Source: Candidatus Oxydemutatoraceae bacterium (GTDB lineage: Bacteria > Pseudomonadota > Gammaproteobacteria > Poriferisulfidales > Oxydemutatoraceae). From it: a DNA stretch of 64,000 nucleotides. The stretch lies in NCBI GenBank assembly GCA_965220085.1, contig CBDCOZ010000003.1:800001-864000 (forward strand), read 5' to 3'. The translations under genes were made by a program, and so were the position numbers. Shown one piece after another: positions 32,079 to 41,551 of this stretch (the stretch's first letter is position 1; each line of letters starts with the position of its first letter). Below the pieces are notes generated by a model. The model was not told the origin of the DNA, did not search any database, and saw only the letters and a program-made list of their open reading frames with translations.

Positions 32079-32544
32079 TTTGCAACTGGTCGGAGCGCCC
32101 GCGACCGAGTGTCTGGGAGCTTGTGTGGCGCGCTTGGTCAAAGCGCCCGCTTGTATTTGGTTGCAAGGCGCTTTGGGAAGCGGCAAGACCACTTTTTGCC
32201 GCGGCTTTATCCGCGCTTTGAGCGCCGCCGAAAAAGTCGCGAGTCCGACCTATGCGCTGTTGGAAACCTATGCGGCCAAAGAGACGACCATCTGCCACTT
32301 TGATCTGTATCGCATCAGCAAACCGGATGAACTGGAGTTTATCGGCGTCAGAGACTGTTTTGCCGACGACAACATCTGTTTGATCGAGTGGCCTGAGAAT
32401 GCGGGTGCGCTGCCGCCGCCCGATTTGAAGATTACCCTGACGTATGCGGACAAAGAACAAGAGCGTCATGCCGCGGCGGAGGGCGGCGATACGCAGTTGA
32501 TTCAGAACATACGACAGGATTATATGCGCCAATGTACCGGCTGA
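32062..32544 (+). CDS. tsaE: tRNA threonylcarbamoyladenosine biosynthesis ATPase
   Basis: G.LGSGKTT, SPTY.L.E.Y, HFDLYR, LIEWPE. Confidence 0.95.
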   Translation: MTVAVNLQLVGAPATECLGACVARLVKAPACIWLQGALGSGKTTFCRGFIRALSAAEKVASPTYALLETYAAKETTICHFDLYRISKPDELEFIGVRDCFADDNICLIEWPENAGALPPPDLKITLTYADKEQERHAAAEGGDTQLIQNIRQDYMRQCTG

Positions 32545-33788
32545 TCGCTTGCTTTTTATTGTCGTTCGTCGGCGCCGCCGTCGCATCCGCCGCCAATGTG
32601 GAAGGCATGGCCATCAGCGAGTATCGGCAGAAGACAGAAATCGCGGTGCATCTGGATCGCCTGCCCCGATACGAAGCTTTCGTTTTGCAGTCGCCGGAAC
32701 GTCTCGCGCTCAATTTGCACGAAAGCACGGGATGCAAACTCAGGCTGGAGCGCCCGACCAGAGCAATCAGCGAGATACGCTCCAAGACCCAAGGCGGCGC
32801 CTGCAGCGTATATTTCTATCTGACCACGGCGGTCGACTACAAAGTGGCATCCGCTCAATCGCCCGCGAAACTGGTCATCACCATCAGTCAGAAGCCGTCC
32901 GCGACGGCCCGCCGCTCGATTACGTTGGGTCGCGATGCGATTATCGTGATCGACCCCGGACACGGCGGCAAGGACCCGGGAGCCATCGGCGCCGCCGGAA
33001 CATACGAGAAACATATCACGTTGTCGGTGTCCGAGCATCTGCTGCGCTTAGTCAACGACGCCTACGGCATGCGCGGTTTTCTGACGCGCGCCGATGATCG
33101 CTTTGTCAGTTTGCGCGACCGTCTCAATTTCGCCCAGCGGCATAAGGCCGACATATTCGTTTCCATCCACGCCGATGCCGCCGCCGACCGCGCGGCGGCG
33201 GGCGCGTCGGTCTATATGCTCTCGCCCAAAGGCGCGTCGAGCGAAGCGGCCAGATTATTGGCCCGCCGCGAAAACCAAGCGGATCTGATCGCCGGCGTTC
33301 CGGCGCGCGACGCCGACCCGCAAACCGCGGGCATTCTGCTTGATCTGTCGCAGACCGCCACTCTGGATCACAGCAAAGCGCTGGCCCGCGAGGTGTTGTC
33401 TTCTTTTGGCAAGATCGCAAAAAACAATCGGATTGAAGCCGCCGGTTTTGTCGTTCTGAAGTCGCCCGATATCGTATCGGTGTTGGTGGAGTCGGGCTAT
33501 TTGTCCAACCCCAAAGAAGAGAAGCGCTTGCGTACGACGGCGCATCAAAAGCGCGTGGCAAAAGCGGTTCACAGAGGCATTAAACGTTATCTCGCGCGCC
33601 ACCCGACGAGGGACATGTTGCTGTCGTCGGTGCGCATCAAGGATTACAAAGTGGCGAGCGGCGATACCTTGTCGGACATCGCATTGCGCTTCCGGACAAA
33701 AATATCCGACATCAAAAAGTTATCGGATTTGCCGTCAGATACGATCCGCGTCGGGCAGGTGCTCAAAGTGCCGGTGACTCGGGAGTAG
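32532..33788 (+). CDS. amiB: N-acetylmuramoyl-L-alanine amidase (AMIN + Amidase_3 + LysM)
   Basis: IDPGHGGKDPGA, SIHADA, VLKSPDI.SVLVE, C-terminal LysM; nnr-tsaE-ami synteny. Confidence 0.88.
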   Translation: MYRLIACFLLSFVGAAVASAANVEGMAISEYRQKTEIAVHLDRLPRYEAFVLQSPERLALNLHESTGCKLRLERPTRAISEIRSKTQGGACSVYFYLTTAVDYKVASAQSPAKLVITISQKPSATARRSITLGRDAIIVIDPGHGGKDPGAIGAAGTYEKHITLSVSEHLLRLVNDAYGMRGFLTRADDRFVSLRDRLNFAQRHKADIFVSIHADAAADRAAAGASVYMLSPKGASSEAARLLARRENQADLIAGVPARDADPQTAGILLDLSQTATLDHSKALAREVLSSFGKIAKNNRIEAAGFVVLKSPDIVSVLVESGYLSNPKEEKRLRTTAHQKRVAKAVHRGIKRYLARHPTRDMLLSSVRIKDYKVASGDTLSDIALRFRTKISDIKKLSDLPSDTIRVGQVLKVPVTRE

Positions 33789-33977
33789 GCGCGGACTCGG
33801 TTGTTTGCGAATCACACACCGCCGAACCATGCCGGAAACATTCCGGACTCCCGGCATCAACACGATGCGTTGCAATATCACCTCAGCCGCTTATCACGCT
33901 ATGCGTGGCGGCACAAATATCCGTGCGATGGCATGAACGGCTTAACCGGCCCTGTCCTACGCCGCCGCCCGCCGCCC

Positions 33978-34015
33978 CTGCGTCTGCGCCTTTTCCTTCA
34001 AGATCCTTGCAATAA
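33978..34015 (+). pseudogene. Degenerate orphan copy of the tail (reads LRLRLFLQDP)
   Basis: ctgcgtctgcgccttttccttcaagatccttgc resembles the tail at 37391-37435, and the following ~80 bp resemble 37436-37506. Confidence 0.6.
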
Positions 34016-34090
34016 TGCGGGTATCCTGCGGCAGAGAAAGGGAGTATTATGGGGCGCAAACAAGGGGAGCGAGGCAGGATACGGAGGCGC

Positions 34091-34118
34091 TTGCAAATGA
34101 CTTGCTTTGTGGTATAGT
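34091..34118 (+). promoter_or_regulatory. Putative sigma70 promoter (TTGCAA-16-TATAGT, extended -10) of the 34324 gene
   Basis: Near-identical block precedes the paralog on the minus strand at 61209-61236. Confidence 0.65.
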
Positions 34119-34323
34119 GCGCCAAAGGAGGGAAACAATGAGCAATTTAACTCTTGCAAATAACTTGCGCCTTGTGGCAGAGTACAGCACTCAGAGTACG
34201 GCACTAAACAGCACACAAGCAGCACTCAGTTGTTTGTGGTTTCTTGAGCGTTGCTTGTGTGCATATACTGTGCAACTGCATTTGCTAGAAACAGGAAATA
34301 CATGCCATAAGGAGTAATAGATT

Positions 34324-36034
34324 ATGAATAGACAAGACTTTAATACTACCCCCCCCCCCCCCCCCCCCCCGCGCTATGTAAAGGTAAGGGGACTGCGGTC
34401 GCTTGGCTGTATTGCCTCGCCACCCGCTTTCTGCAAGTACTTCGCCCCTCCGCATTGGCGGGCAACGATGATGCGGCTTAGCCTCTGGTCGCTGGCCCTG
34501 TTCGTCCTGTTCGCCGTCTGCGCTCAGGCGCAGGCGCAAAATGCCACCGGCATACCCGATGTCACCTACGCCAGCGGCATAATCGCTCCCACCGAAGATT
34601 CCGCCATCACCGCCAACGGCGGCAGCGGTTCCACCGCCATAGCCGACACCGATGGCCTGGGCACTTTCAGTTGGCAATGGAGTGCGGCCGATACCAACGG
34701 CGGCGCCTACGCCGACATCGCCATGGCGACCAATGCCGCCTTTACTCCGGGCGATGACGAGGTGGGCAAGTTCCTGCGCGTCTGCGCATCTTTCACGGAT
34801 AACGCCGGCAACAACGAGGAGCGTTGCCTGCGGATAGCCACCGCCGTGGCCAACATCAACGACAAGCCGGTGCCTATCGCCAACACAATTTCGGTGAGCA
34901 CCGCCGCCGATGCCGACAATCCCTATGTCTTCTCTGCGGATGACTTTCCATTCACGGATGTGGACGGCGACATGCTGGCGGGCATCGAAATAGCCGCCCT
35001 GCCAGGAAGAGATTCTACAGCCGGGCCAGGCAGTCCGGGCACCCTGGCATTGAACGGAACGGCCTTGACCGCTGTCCCCGCAAGCACCATCACCGTAGCC
35101 CAACTGGAGGCCGGCGCTCTGACCTATTACCCGCCAGAGGGCGAGCAACCCACCAACCCCAATGACCCCATTGCCAGATTAGCCTTCTTCGGCTTTGATG
35201 TGGTGGACGATGGCAGTGATGGCAACACCAACAATGTCAGCAATGTGGGCAGAATCATAGACATACGACTGGTGTCGGTGAGTCAGACTGCCGCCAGCGG
35301 CAGACCCAGAATAGCAGTGCTGAATGTTCCCGCCAATATCCACACCCACGCTGAGGGCACCCAACTGAGAGCCGACACCGGAGACATCGTCGAACCCAAC
35401 GGCATAGACCGCAGCACTCTGGAGTGGCAATGGCAGTCATTCTCTGTCGGCGATGGTGTCTTTGCCGACATAAGCGGCGCCACCGGAGGCGCATTCACCC
35501 CGGGCCAGGCCCATGTGGGCATGCGCATCCGCGTCTGCGCCAGTTTTATGGACAATCACGCTATGCCGGAGACTGTGGAAGACCTGTGCTCCGCCTCTAT
35601 CCGGCAACAGCAGCACCCTGGCGGCCGCCGATGCCTCCATCAACGAGATATCCATAGATGCCCAACTGCGCTATACCAAAGACAATCTGATGCCCTTTGC
35701 CAGCATAACCGCCCGCAAACTTGGTGGCGACCTCAGCCAATCCTTGGCGATGGATCTCAGATTCGGCGCAGACCTGCAGACCAAACCCGCCACCATCCGC
35801 CTGTCCATAATCCGCCAGATAAACGACACCACCCACAAACGCGACAGCCTGAGTCTGGACATAGCCACCAGGCCCAACCGCAGCGGCATAACCGCCAGCC
35901 TCGGCAGCCGCTACGACAGCATAACGGGCCGCCCACAGTGGCACAGCCGCCTGGGCTGGCAATACCGAAACTTCCAGAGCTCCCTGCAGGCATCGCCAGA
36001 CGACTGGCGACTGCAAGCCCGGGTGCGCTGGTAA
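34324..36034 (+). pseudogene. Family passenger modules joined out of frame (near 35600) to a beta-barrel-like C-terminus; probable deleted autotransporter-like gene
   Basis: Leader ...CAQAQAQNATG and three family modules up to EDLCS; frame then becomes nonsense-like while frame 35513..36034 has alternating strands ending WRLQARVRW. Confidence 0.7.
34349..34370 (+). repeat. Poly-C22 tract starting in codon 9 (slipped-strand phase variation candidate, in frame)
   Basis: 22 consecutive C giving TTPPPPPPP after AAGGAG RBS and ATG 34324. Confidence 0.85.
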
Positions 36035-36076
36035 TCCGGGCGCAAGCCCACTCATCCATCAACCATACATAGGAGT

Positions 36077-37435
36077 ATGATTATGAACATCACGGCATTT
36101 TTCTCAAATCCCGCCACCAGCGGCCAGCGGTTGCACAGGTGCGGCCTCTGGCCGCTGGCCCTGCTTGCCATCTGCATCCAGGCCCAGGCGCAACCGCACG
36201 GCAGCGCAGGCCCGTCTGCCCCGGTTATTCAGGCCAAGCCAGTGCCTGCAGGTCTGGAGTCTGTGCGCGGGGCGGGCCCGTTTGCCCCGGTTATTCAGGT
36301 CAAGCCAGTGGCACCCACCTCCCCCGTCGTGATAGACGTATACACCAACGCCACCGCAGACAATCCCTACAGATTCAAGGTTACCGATTTCGTATTTAGC
36401 GATACGGACGGCGATGCGTTGGAAAAGGTGGTCATATCAACCGCGCCCCCACTCGGCACATTGAGGGTGGGTAACCGAGTCATCCCCTTTTCCCAATCCT
36501 CGGCAGCCAATGAAGATGTGGCGCGGGCCAACATCGGTACCATAACCTGGTACCCGGAACCGGGCCAGGCTGCACAGACCAACTACACCACCTTTTTGTA
36601 CACTGTGTTTGCTGGCGGAGAGGAATCCTCTAATTCAGGTAACATCCGCTTCGATCTGGTGGAACGACCGCAGACCGCCGCCTCAGGCGCACCCACAGTG
36701 GCCGCAACGGGCAGCGGCACAGCCTACAACGAGGATGTACAACTGACCGCCAGCACCACAGGCATAACCGAACCCAACGGCATAAACGCCAGCACCCTGC
36801 AATGGCGATGGTACCGGGCCCCGGCCCCGGCCACTGGCGACCCGGCGGCGGCCGACTATGCCGCCATATCCGGGGCCACCGCCGCCACTTTCACCCCACT
36901 GCAGGCCCATGTGGGAATGTACATCAGAGTCTGCGCATTCTTTACGGACAGCCACAGCACCCCGGCATCTGAGGGCGGCACCGCATCCGCCCCCACTCTG
37001 TGCTCCACCGGCACCATCATCGCCGATGTCAATCATGCGCCCGCCAGTGCCGATGCCTCTGTGAATGCGCCCGTAGGTGCCACTGCGGCTGCGCCATTCT
37101 CTTTCTCTGCGGACAGCTTTGCCTTTGAGGACGAGGATCAGGGGGACAGCCTGGCCAGCATCACCATAACCACCATCCCGGCCCTGGGCGCATTGCGCAC
37201 CGGCACCGGGGCCTCGGCCACCACCCTGGCCAATGGTGCCACGGTAATGGCCAGTGCCATATCCACCCTCAACTGGCATCCCCCGGCCAATGCCACCGCC
37301 GCCAGCAACTACACCAACTTCCAATTCACCGTAAGCGATGGCACCGCATCCAGCTCCGGCAATACCATGACCATAAACCTGGTGGAGCATCTGCGCCTGC
37401 GGTTGCGTCTTTTCCTTGAGGGCCCGTTGCGGTAG
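36077..37435 (+). CDS. Secreted tail-family protein with three modules
   Basis: AGGAG RBS, signal ...ICIQAQAQ, DF.FSD.DGD.L modules, LQWRW...YIRVC module, ends HLRLRLRLFLEGPLR. Confidence 0.85.
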   Translation: MIMNITAFFSNPATSGQRLHRCGLWPLALLAICIQAQAQPHGSAGPSAPVIQAKPVPAGLESVRGAGPFAPVIQVKPVAPTSPVVIDVYTNATADNPYRFKVTDFVFSDTDGDALEKVVISTAPPLGTLRVGNRVIPFSQSSAANEDVARANIGTITWYPEPGQAAQTNYTTFLYTVFAGGEESSNSGNIRFDLVERPQTAASGAPTVAATGSGTAYNEDVQLTASTTGITEPNGINASTLQWRWYRAPAPATGDPAAADYAAISGATAATFTPLQAHVGMYIRVCAFFTDSHSTPASEGGTASAPTLCSTGTIIADVNHAPASADASVNAPVGATAAAPFSFSADSFAFEDEDQGDSLASITITTIPALGALRTGTGASATTLANGATVMASAISTLNWHPPANATAASNYTNFQFTVSDGTASSSGNTMTINLVEHLRLRLRLFLEGPLR

Positions 37436-37796
37436 CGCGAGTAACCTGCGGCAGAAGGGGAGTGTCGTGAGATGCAAGGGGGTGAGGCAGACACAGGCGT
37501 TGAATGATGCCAGAAAATGAATGCATTCTGAATGCATTCAATGAGCGCTTATCGCCTCTTCAGGAAGCGTTTGTGGAATTTGAAGCGGGTGTGTTGATGA
37601 CGACCTGCGGACATTCAATGATTGTCGGATAGACCATCCGGTATGGTTCCACGTCCCCGCGAAGGTTACGCTAGCGCAGTTTCAAGCGCCGTGACACAGC
37701 GCGGCATTTGCCCCGTGTGTCCGATATGTCATGGCTTCAGCGCCTTGACCCGGCGGTTGCGCTTGCAAAACATTTCGGATATGTATAATTGGCAGG

Positions 37797-38372
37797 ATGG
37801 CAAAGAGATATTCAAAAGTTTCCTACAAACGGGTGTTGGCACTGCTGGCGCTGTCCTTGCCGCTGTTGTATTTTGCCGCAGTGTCGGGGCGCATATCGTT
37901 GCCGGAGACCCCGTTCAGGGCGCCCGAGTTTACGCATAAGCAACCGGCGGAGTGGATCAATTCGGCGCCATTGACGGTTGCCGATCTGCGCGGCAGCGTC
38001 GTGTTGCTTGATTTCTGGACCTACGAATGCTGGAACTGCTACCGCTCGTTCCCTTGGTTGCGCGCGGTTGAGGAGCGCTATCAAAGCCGGGGGTTGCAAG
38101 TGATCGGGGTGCACACGCCCGAATTTGATCGCGAACGGATTCTGGAAAATGTGGCGGCGAAGGTCAAAGAGTTCAAACTCAAGCATCCGGTCATGATCGA
38201 TAATGACTTTTCTTACTGGCGCGCGATGAACAACCGCTACTGGCCGGCATTCTATATCATAGACAAGCAAGGCTTGGTGCGCGGTGTGTTTGTCGGCGAA
38301 ACGCACGCCGGCGATAGGCGCGCCAAAAAGATAGAAGCCTTGCTTGAGAAACTCTTGGCCGAAGCCGCTTAA
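37797..38372 (+). CDS. Redoxin (TlpA/DipZ-type thioredoxin) with N-terminal anchor
   Basis: WINS.PL, LLDFWTYECWNC, IGVHTPEF, NRYWPA. Confidence 0.92.
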   Translation: MAKRYSKVSYKRVLALLALSLPLLYFAAVSGRISLPETPFRAPEFTHKQPAEWINSAPLTVADLRGSVVLLDFWTYECWNCYRSFPWLRAVEERYQSRGLQVIGVHTPEFDRERILENVAAKVKEFKLKHPVMIDNDFSYWRAMNNRYWPAFYIIDKQGLVRGVFVGETHAGDRRAKKIEALLEKLLAEAA

Positions 38373-38852
38373 CCGTTCGCTCAGCCGTCGGTTGCGGCAA
38401 AGCCGCATATCCGCCCGTCTTTGATCAGAACCGGCAGATCGTTGTCCAGCGTGTCAAATTGCTCCGCAAGTTGTTCCAGCGTTGCGCCTCCGGCGATAGG
38501 CGCGCCAAAAAGATAGAAGCCTTGCTTGAGAAACTCTTGGCCGAAGCCGCTTAACCGTTCGCTCAGCCGTCGGTTGCGGCAAAGCCGCATATCCGCCCGT
38601 CTTTGATCAGAACCGGCAGACCGTTGTCCAGCGTGTCAAATTGCTCCGCAAGTTGTTCCAGCGTTGCGCCTCCGGCGATAGGCGCGCCAAAAAGATAGAA
38701 GCCTTGCTTGAGAAACTCTTGGCCGAAGCCGCTTAACCGTTCGCTCAGCCGTCGGTTGCGGTAAAACCGCATATCCGCCCGTCTTTGATCAGAACCGGCA
38801 GATCGTTGTCCAGCGTGTCAAATTGTTCCGCAAGTTGTTCCAGCGTTGCGCC
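38308..38852. repeat. 182-bp tandem repeat x3 spanning the convergent redoxin/DUF2063 3' ends
   Basis: ccggcgataggcgcgcc at 38308, 38490, 38672. Confidence 0.95.
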
Positions 38853-39518
38853 CTTGTCAATTGCTTGTAACAAGTCAAAGTGTGATGGATCGATGGGCTC
38901 TGCCGTCGGCTTGTTGTTGCGGCGACAGATGCAGAGATATTCGTTGGTCGGGCGAGCGCCGACTTCCGCCGCAGCGCTCTGCTCTTTGTTCGCCCGCCAA
39001 ATCTCAAACAAAGGGTAAGCCGACGTCAACAACCGCAGCGCGGCGGGCAACAGAAATCGTATTTCTTTGTCGCTTTGTCGCGCGGTCGCCTGCGCAAACG
39101 CATCGAAGTCAAAGGGCGCATCATCAGCCGCGTAATACGCCGCGTGTAAGTGGGATTCCAGTCGCGCGAGATCGGGCAGGTAGGGAAAGTCCGCCAGCTC
39201 ATCGCGGGTCGCAAGCAATTCGGCAAAGAAGCCGGGCAAGCGTTCGCCATAGCGGTTCAGGTCGCTGTGCTCGGACGGATACCGCTCGATATATGCTTGC
39301 GCGACTTGCGCAAAATAGTCCTCGCCCAGGATCCGGCGGCATATCGGGTAAACCTGCCGCAGCGCGGCGGACAGAGAGAACCGCATGTTACCGAGATGAA
39401 CCGCGATGCGCTTGTTTGCTGTCATGGCGCGGCTGTCGCAAATCGTTGCGAGCAGTTTTTGCTGGTCGTGTCCCAGCAACGAGCCGACGAAGGCTTTTTG
39501 CAAATCGCGCAGTTTCAT
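38745..39518 (-). CDS. DUF2063 (BufC/HvfC-like) MNIO partner protein
   Basis: L.DLQ..F, YP....LGEDYF, DLNRYG, YLPDLARLE; follows DUF692. Confidence 0.88.
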   Translation of the reverse strand: MKLRDLQKAFVGSLLGHDQQKLLATICDSRAMTANKRIAVHLGNMRFSLSAALRQVYPICRRILGEDYFAQVAQAYIERYPSEHSDLNRYGERLPGFFAELLATRDELADFPYLPDLARLESHLHAAYYAADDAPFDFDAFAQATARQSDKEIRFLLPAALRLLTSAYPLFEIWRANKEQSAAAEVGARPTNEYLCICRRNNKPTAEPIDPSHFDLLQAIDKGATLEQLAEQFDTLDNDLPVLIKDGRICGFTATDG

Positions 39519-40411
39519 TGCGGCGAAGGGGCGCTGTCTAGGATGTGTCGCGCTTGTTCGGCCTGTTCAAGCAGCGTTTCAAGCGGCGGCAGGTCGTTGT
39601 CCCACTCTATCAATGTCGGTATCCGCGGGTTGTCACGAGCAAACTTGGCAAACAATTCCCAGACCGGTTCCGAAACCGGATGGTCGTGGGCGTCCAGCAG
39701 GAATTCTTTTCTGGTCTGATAGCCGCCCAAGTGCAACTGCTTGATGCGTTGCGCGGGAATATTGGCAATAAAATCTTCGGCGTTCTCGCCGTGGTTGGCC
39801 TGATTCACATACGCATTGTTCAGGTCAAGCAGGATAAAACAATCCGCCTCTTCGGCGACGGCGGCGACGAATTCCGCTTCGCTCATCGTCGAGTGACGGT
39901 AGCGCAGATACGCGGAGATATTCTCGATCAGAATCGGCCGCTCGAGGAAGTCTTGAATCTGCCGGATGCGCGTTGCGGTATGCCGCGCCGCTTCGTCGGT
40001 AAAAGGCAACGGCAGGAGGTCGTGCGATTGGATGCCGTCACAACCGGTGAAGCACAAATGGTCGGAAACCCATTCGGGGCGGTAGCGCTCGGCCAGTCGT
40101 TTGATGTGCGAGAGGTAGGCCGTATCCAGCGGGTCGGTCGACCCCACGGCCATCCCGACGCTGTGCAGTGCGATGGGGTAGTGTTCCCTGACGGCTTCCA
40201 GTTGATGGTGAACCGCTCCGCCGTCACAAAAATAGTTATCGGCGAGCGCTTCCAGCCAGTCGATCCGCGCTTCGCCAGAAGCGAGCGCGTCCGCAAACGG
40301 CGCGCGCAAGCCGATACCGACTCCGCCGATAGGGTTTGTGTTATACGAGGCAGGAACAGCAGGGCGCAAGTGTTTGCGTCCTGCTGTCACAGATTGGCTT
40401 TGGGTTGGCAA
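39515..40411 (-). CDS. DUF692 multinuclear non-heme iron oxidase (BufB-like)
   Basis: GIGLR, WVSDHLCF, DLLPLP, IENIS.Y, LLDLNNAYVN, HLGG, DAH, EWD. Confidence 0.95.
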   Translation of the reverse strand: MPTQSQSVTAGRKHLRPAVPASYNTNPIGGVGIGLRAPFADALASGEARIDWLEALADNYFCDGGAVHHQLEAVREHYPIALHSVGMAVGSTDPLDTAYLSHIKRLAERYRPEWVSDHLCFTGCDGIQSHDLLPLPFTDEAARHTATRIRQIQDFLERPILIENISAYLRYRHSTMSEAEFVAAVAEEADCFILLDLNNAYVNQANHGENAEDFIANIPAQRIKQLHLGGYQTRKEFLLDAHDHPVSEPVWELFAKFARDNPRIPTLIEWDNDLPPLETLLEQAEQARHILDSAPSPQ

Positions 40412-40696
40412 TTATTTTGCCGCTTTGGTGCCGACAACCATACCGCCTGTTATTTTCGTACACGTTCCTCCCGGCACGAAAATCCATTCGGTCTTCATGT
40501 TGTCCGCCGCCGCTTGACCGCCGCAGCCGTGTTTGCCGTCGGTAGAACCGCAATCATTCATGCCTTTTTTTGAGATACCGGCGCACTTTTCCCATTCTTT
40601 GGGTTGCTCCGGCACCGCGGCGTGAGCCGAGGCAATCAATGCGCCTGTGGCTATGATACCGACGATGGTCGATTTGATTAGAGTAGGTTTTTTCAT
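40412..40696 (-). CDS. DUF2282 (BufA1-like) secreted Cys-rich precursor peptide
   Basis: Signal peptide plus EKC.G..K.G.NDC....H.C.GQ...EW..VP.GTC.KI.GG. Confidence 0.9.
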   Translation of the reverse strand: MKKPTLIKSTIVGIIATGALIASAHAAVPEQPKEWEKCAGISKKGMNDCGSTDGKHGCGGQAAADNMKTEWIFVPGGTCTKITGGMVVGTKAAK

Positions 40697-40798
40697 ATGT
40701 TTTTCTCCTATTAGTTGAGTATATGCAAAGAGTATATTACCCGAAACGGGGGTTTCTGTATAATACGGCTCTCGGGCAGCGCAACAAAAGGATATACA

Positions 40799-41551
40799 TT
40801 GAAAGAATCTTTTATCTCACAAGGCAATTGCCACATTCTGTATGATGGCGACGAAGCCTTTGATCCGTCATGGTTTAGTCGGGACACGCTGGAGCAAAAA
40901 GCGATGTTAAGCGGCGAAGCCCCGGCGGGTCGCGCGTCCGCATTGTTTTTTCAAGCGGACGGAACGGAGTATTTGCTCAAGGCGTATCACCGCGGCGGCT
41001 TGTGCGGAAAGTTTGTCAAGCAGTCGTATCTCTATGCCGGCACAGCGCGCACGCGCGCGTTTGCCGAGTGGCGCGCGCTCGCATACCTGCGCGGCAAAGG
41101 CTTGCCGGCGCCGCGACCGCTTGCCGCCGCTTGCTACCGCCGCGGCGCTTTCTATAGCGCGCACCTGATTACCCAAAGCTGCCGTCCGGCGATGCCGCTA
41201 TCGCAATACCTTGCGGGTAACCCCGTGTCCGACGACGGTTGGGCGGAACTGGGAAAAGTGTTGCATCATTTGCACCTTGCCGGTGTTCTGCACCCCGACC
41301 TCAATGCCCACAACATCTTGTACGACAAGAAGAAAAAGCGATTCTGGCTGATCGATTTTGACCGCAGCAAGATCAAGTCGGTGGATTTGACCTACTACGC
41401 CCAGCATGTGAATCTGGCCCGCCTACGCCGTTCGCTGGAGAAACTCGCCGCCCAAGCGCCGTCTTTCCATTACACGGCGAGTTGTTTTGATCGCCTGAGC
41501 GAAGGCTACGCCAGCATCACCGACGAAGCCGATACATTACTGCTTGCATAA
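40799..41551 (+). CDS. kdkA: 3-deoxy-D-manno-octulosonic acid kinase
   Basis: [41 protein letters not shown]; TTG start after AAGGA inferred. Confidence 0.9.
   Translation: MKESFISQGNCHILYDGDEAFDPSWFSRDTLEQKAMLSGEAPAGRASALFFQADGTEYLLKAYHRGGLCGKFVKQSYLYAGTARTRAFAEWRALAYLRGKGLPAPRPLAAACYRRGAFYSAHLITQSCRPAMPLSQYLAGNPVSDDGWAELGKVLHHLHLAGVLHPDLNAHNILYDKKKKRFWLIDFDRSKIKSVDLTYYAQHVNLARLRRSLEKLAAQAPSFHYTASCFDRLSEGYASITDEADTLLLA

Noticed and set aside
35600-36072. C-terminal ~155 aa of the 582-aa ORF as real protein
   Set aside because: Q/P/R/H-rich off-frame read; the alternative frame carries the protein-like signal
37518-37540. Tandem gaatgcattc palindromes as an operator
   Set aside because: Short, single occurrence, no supporting context
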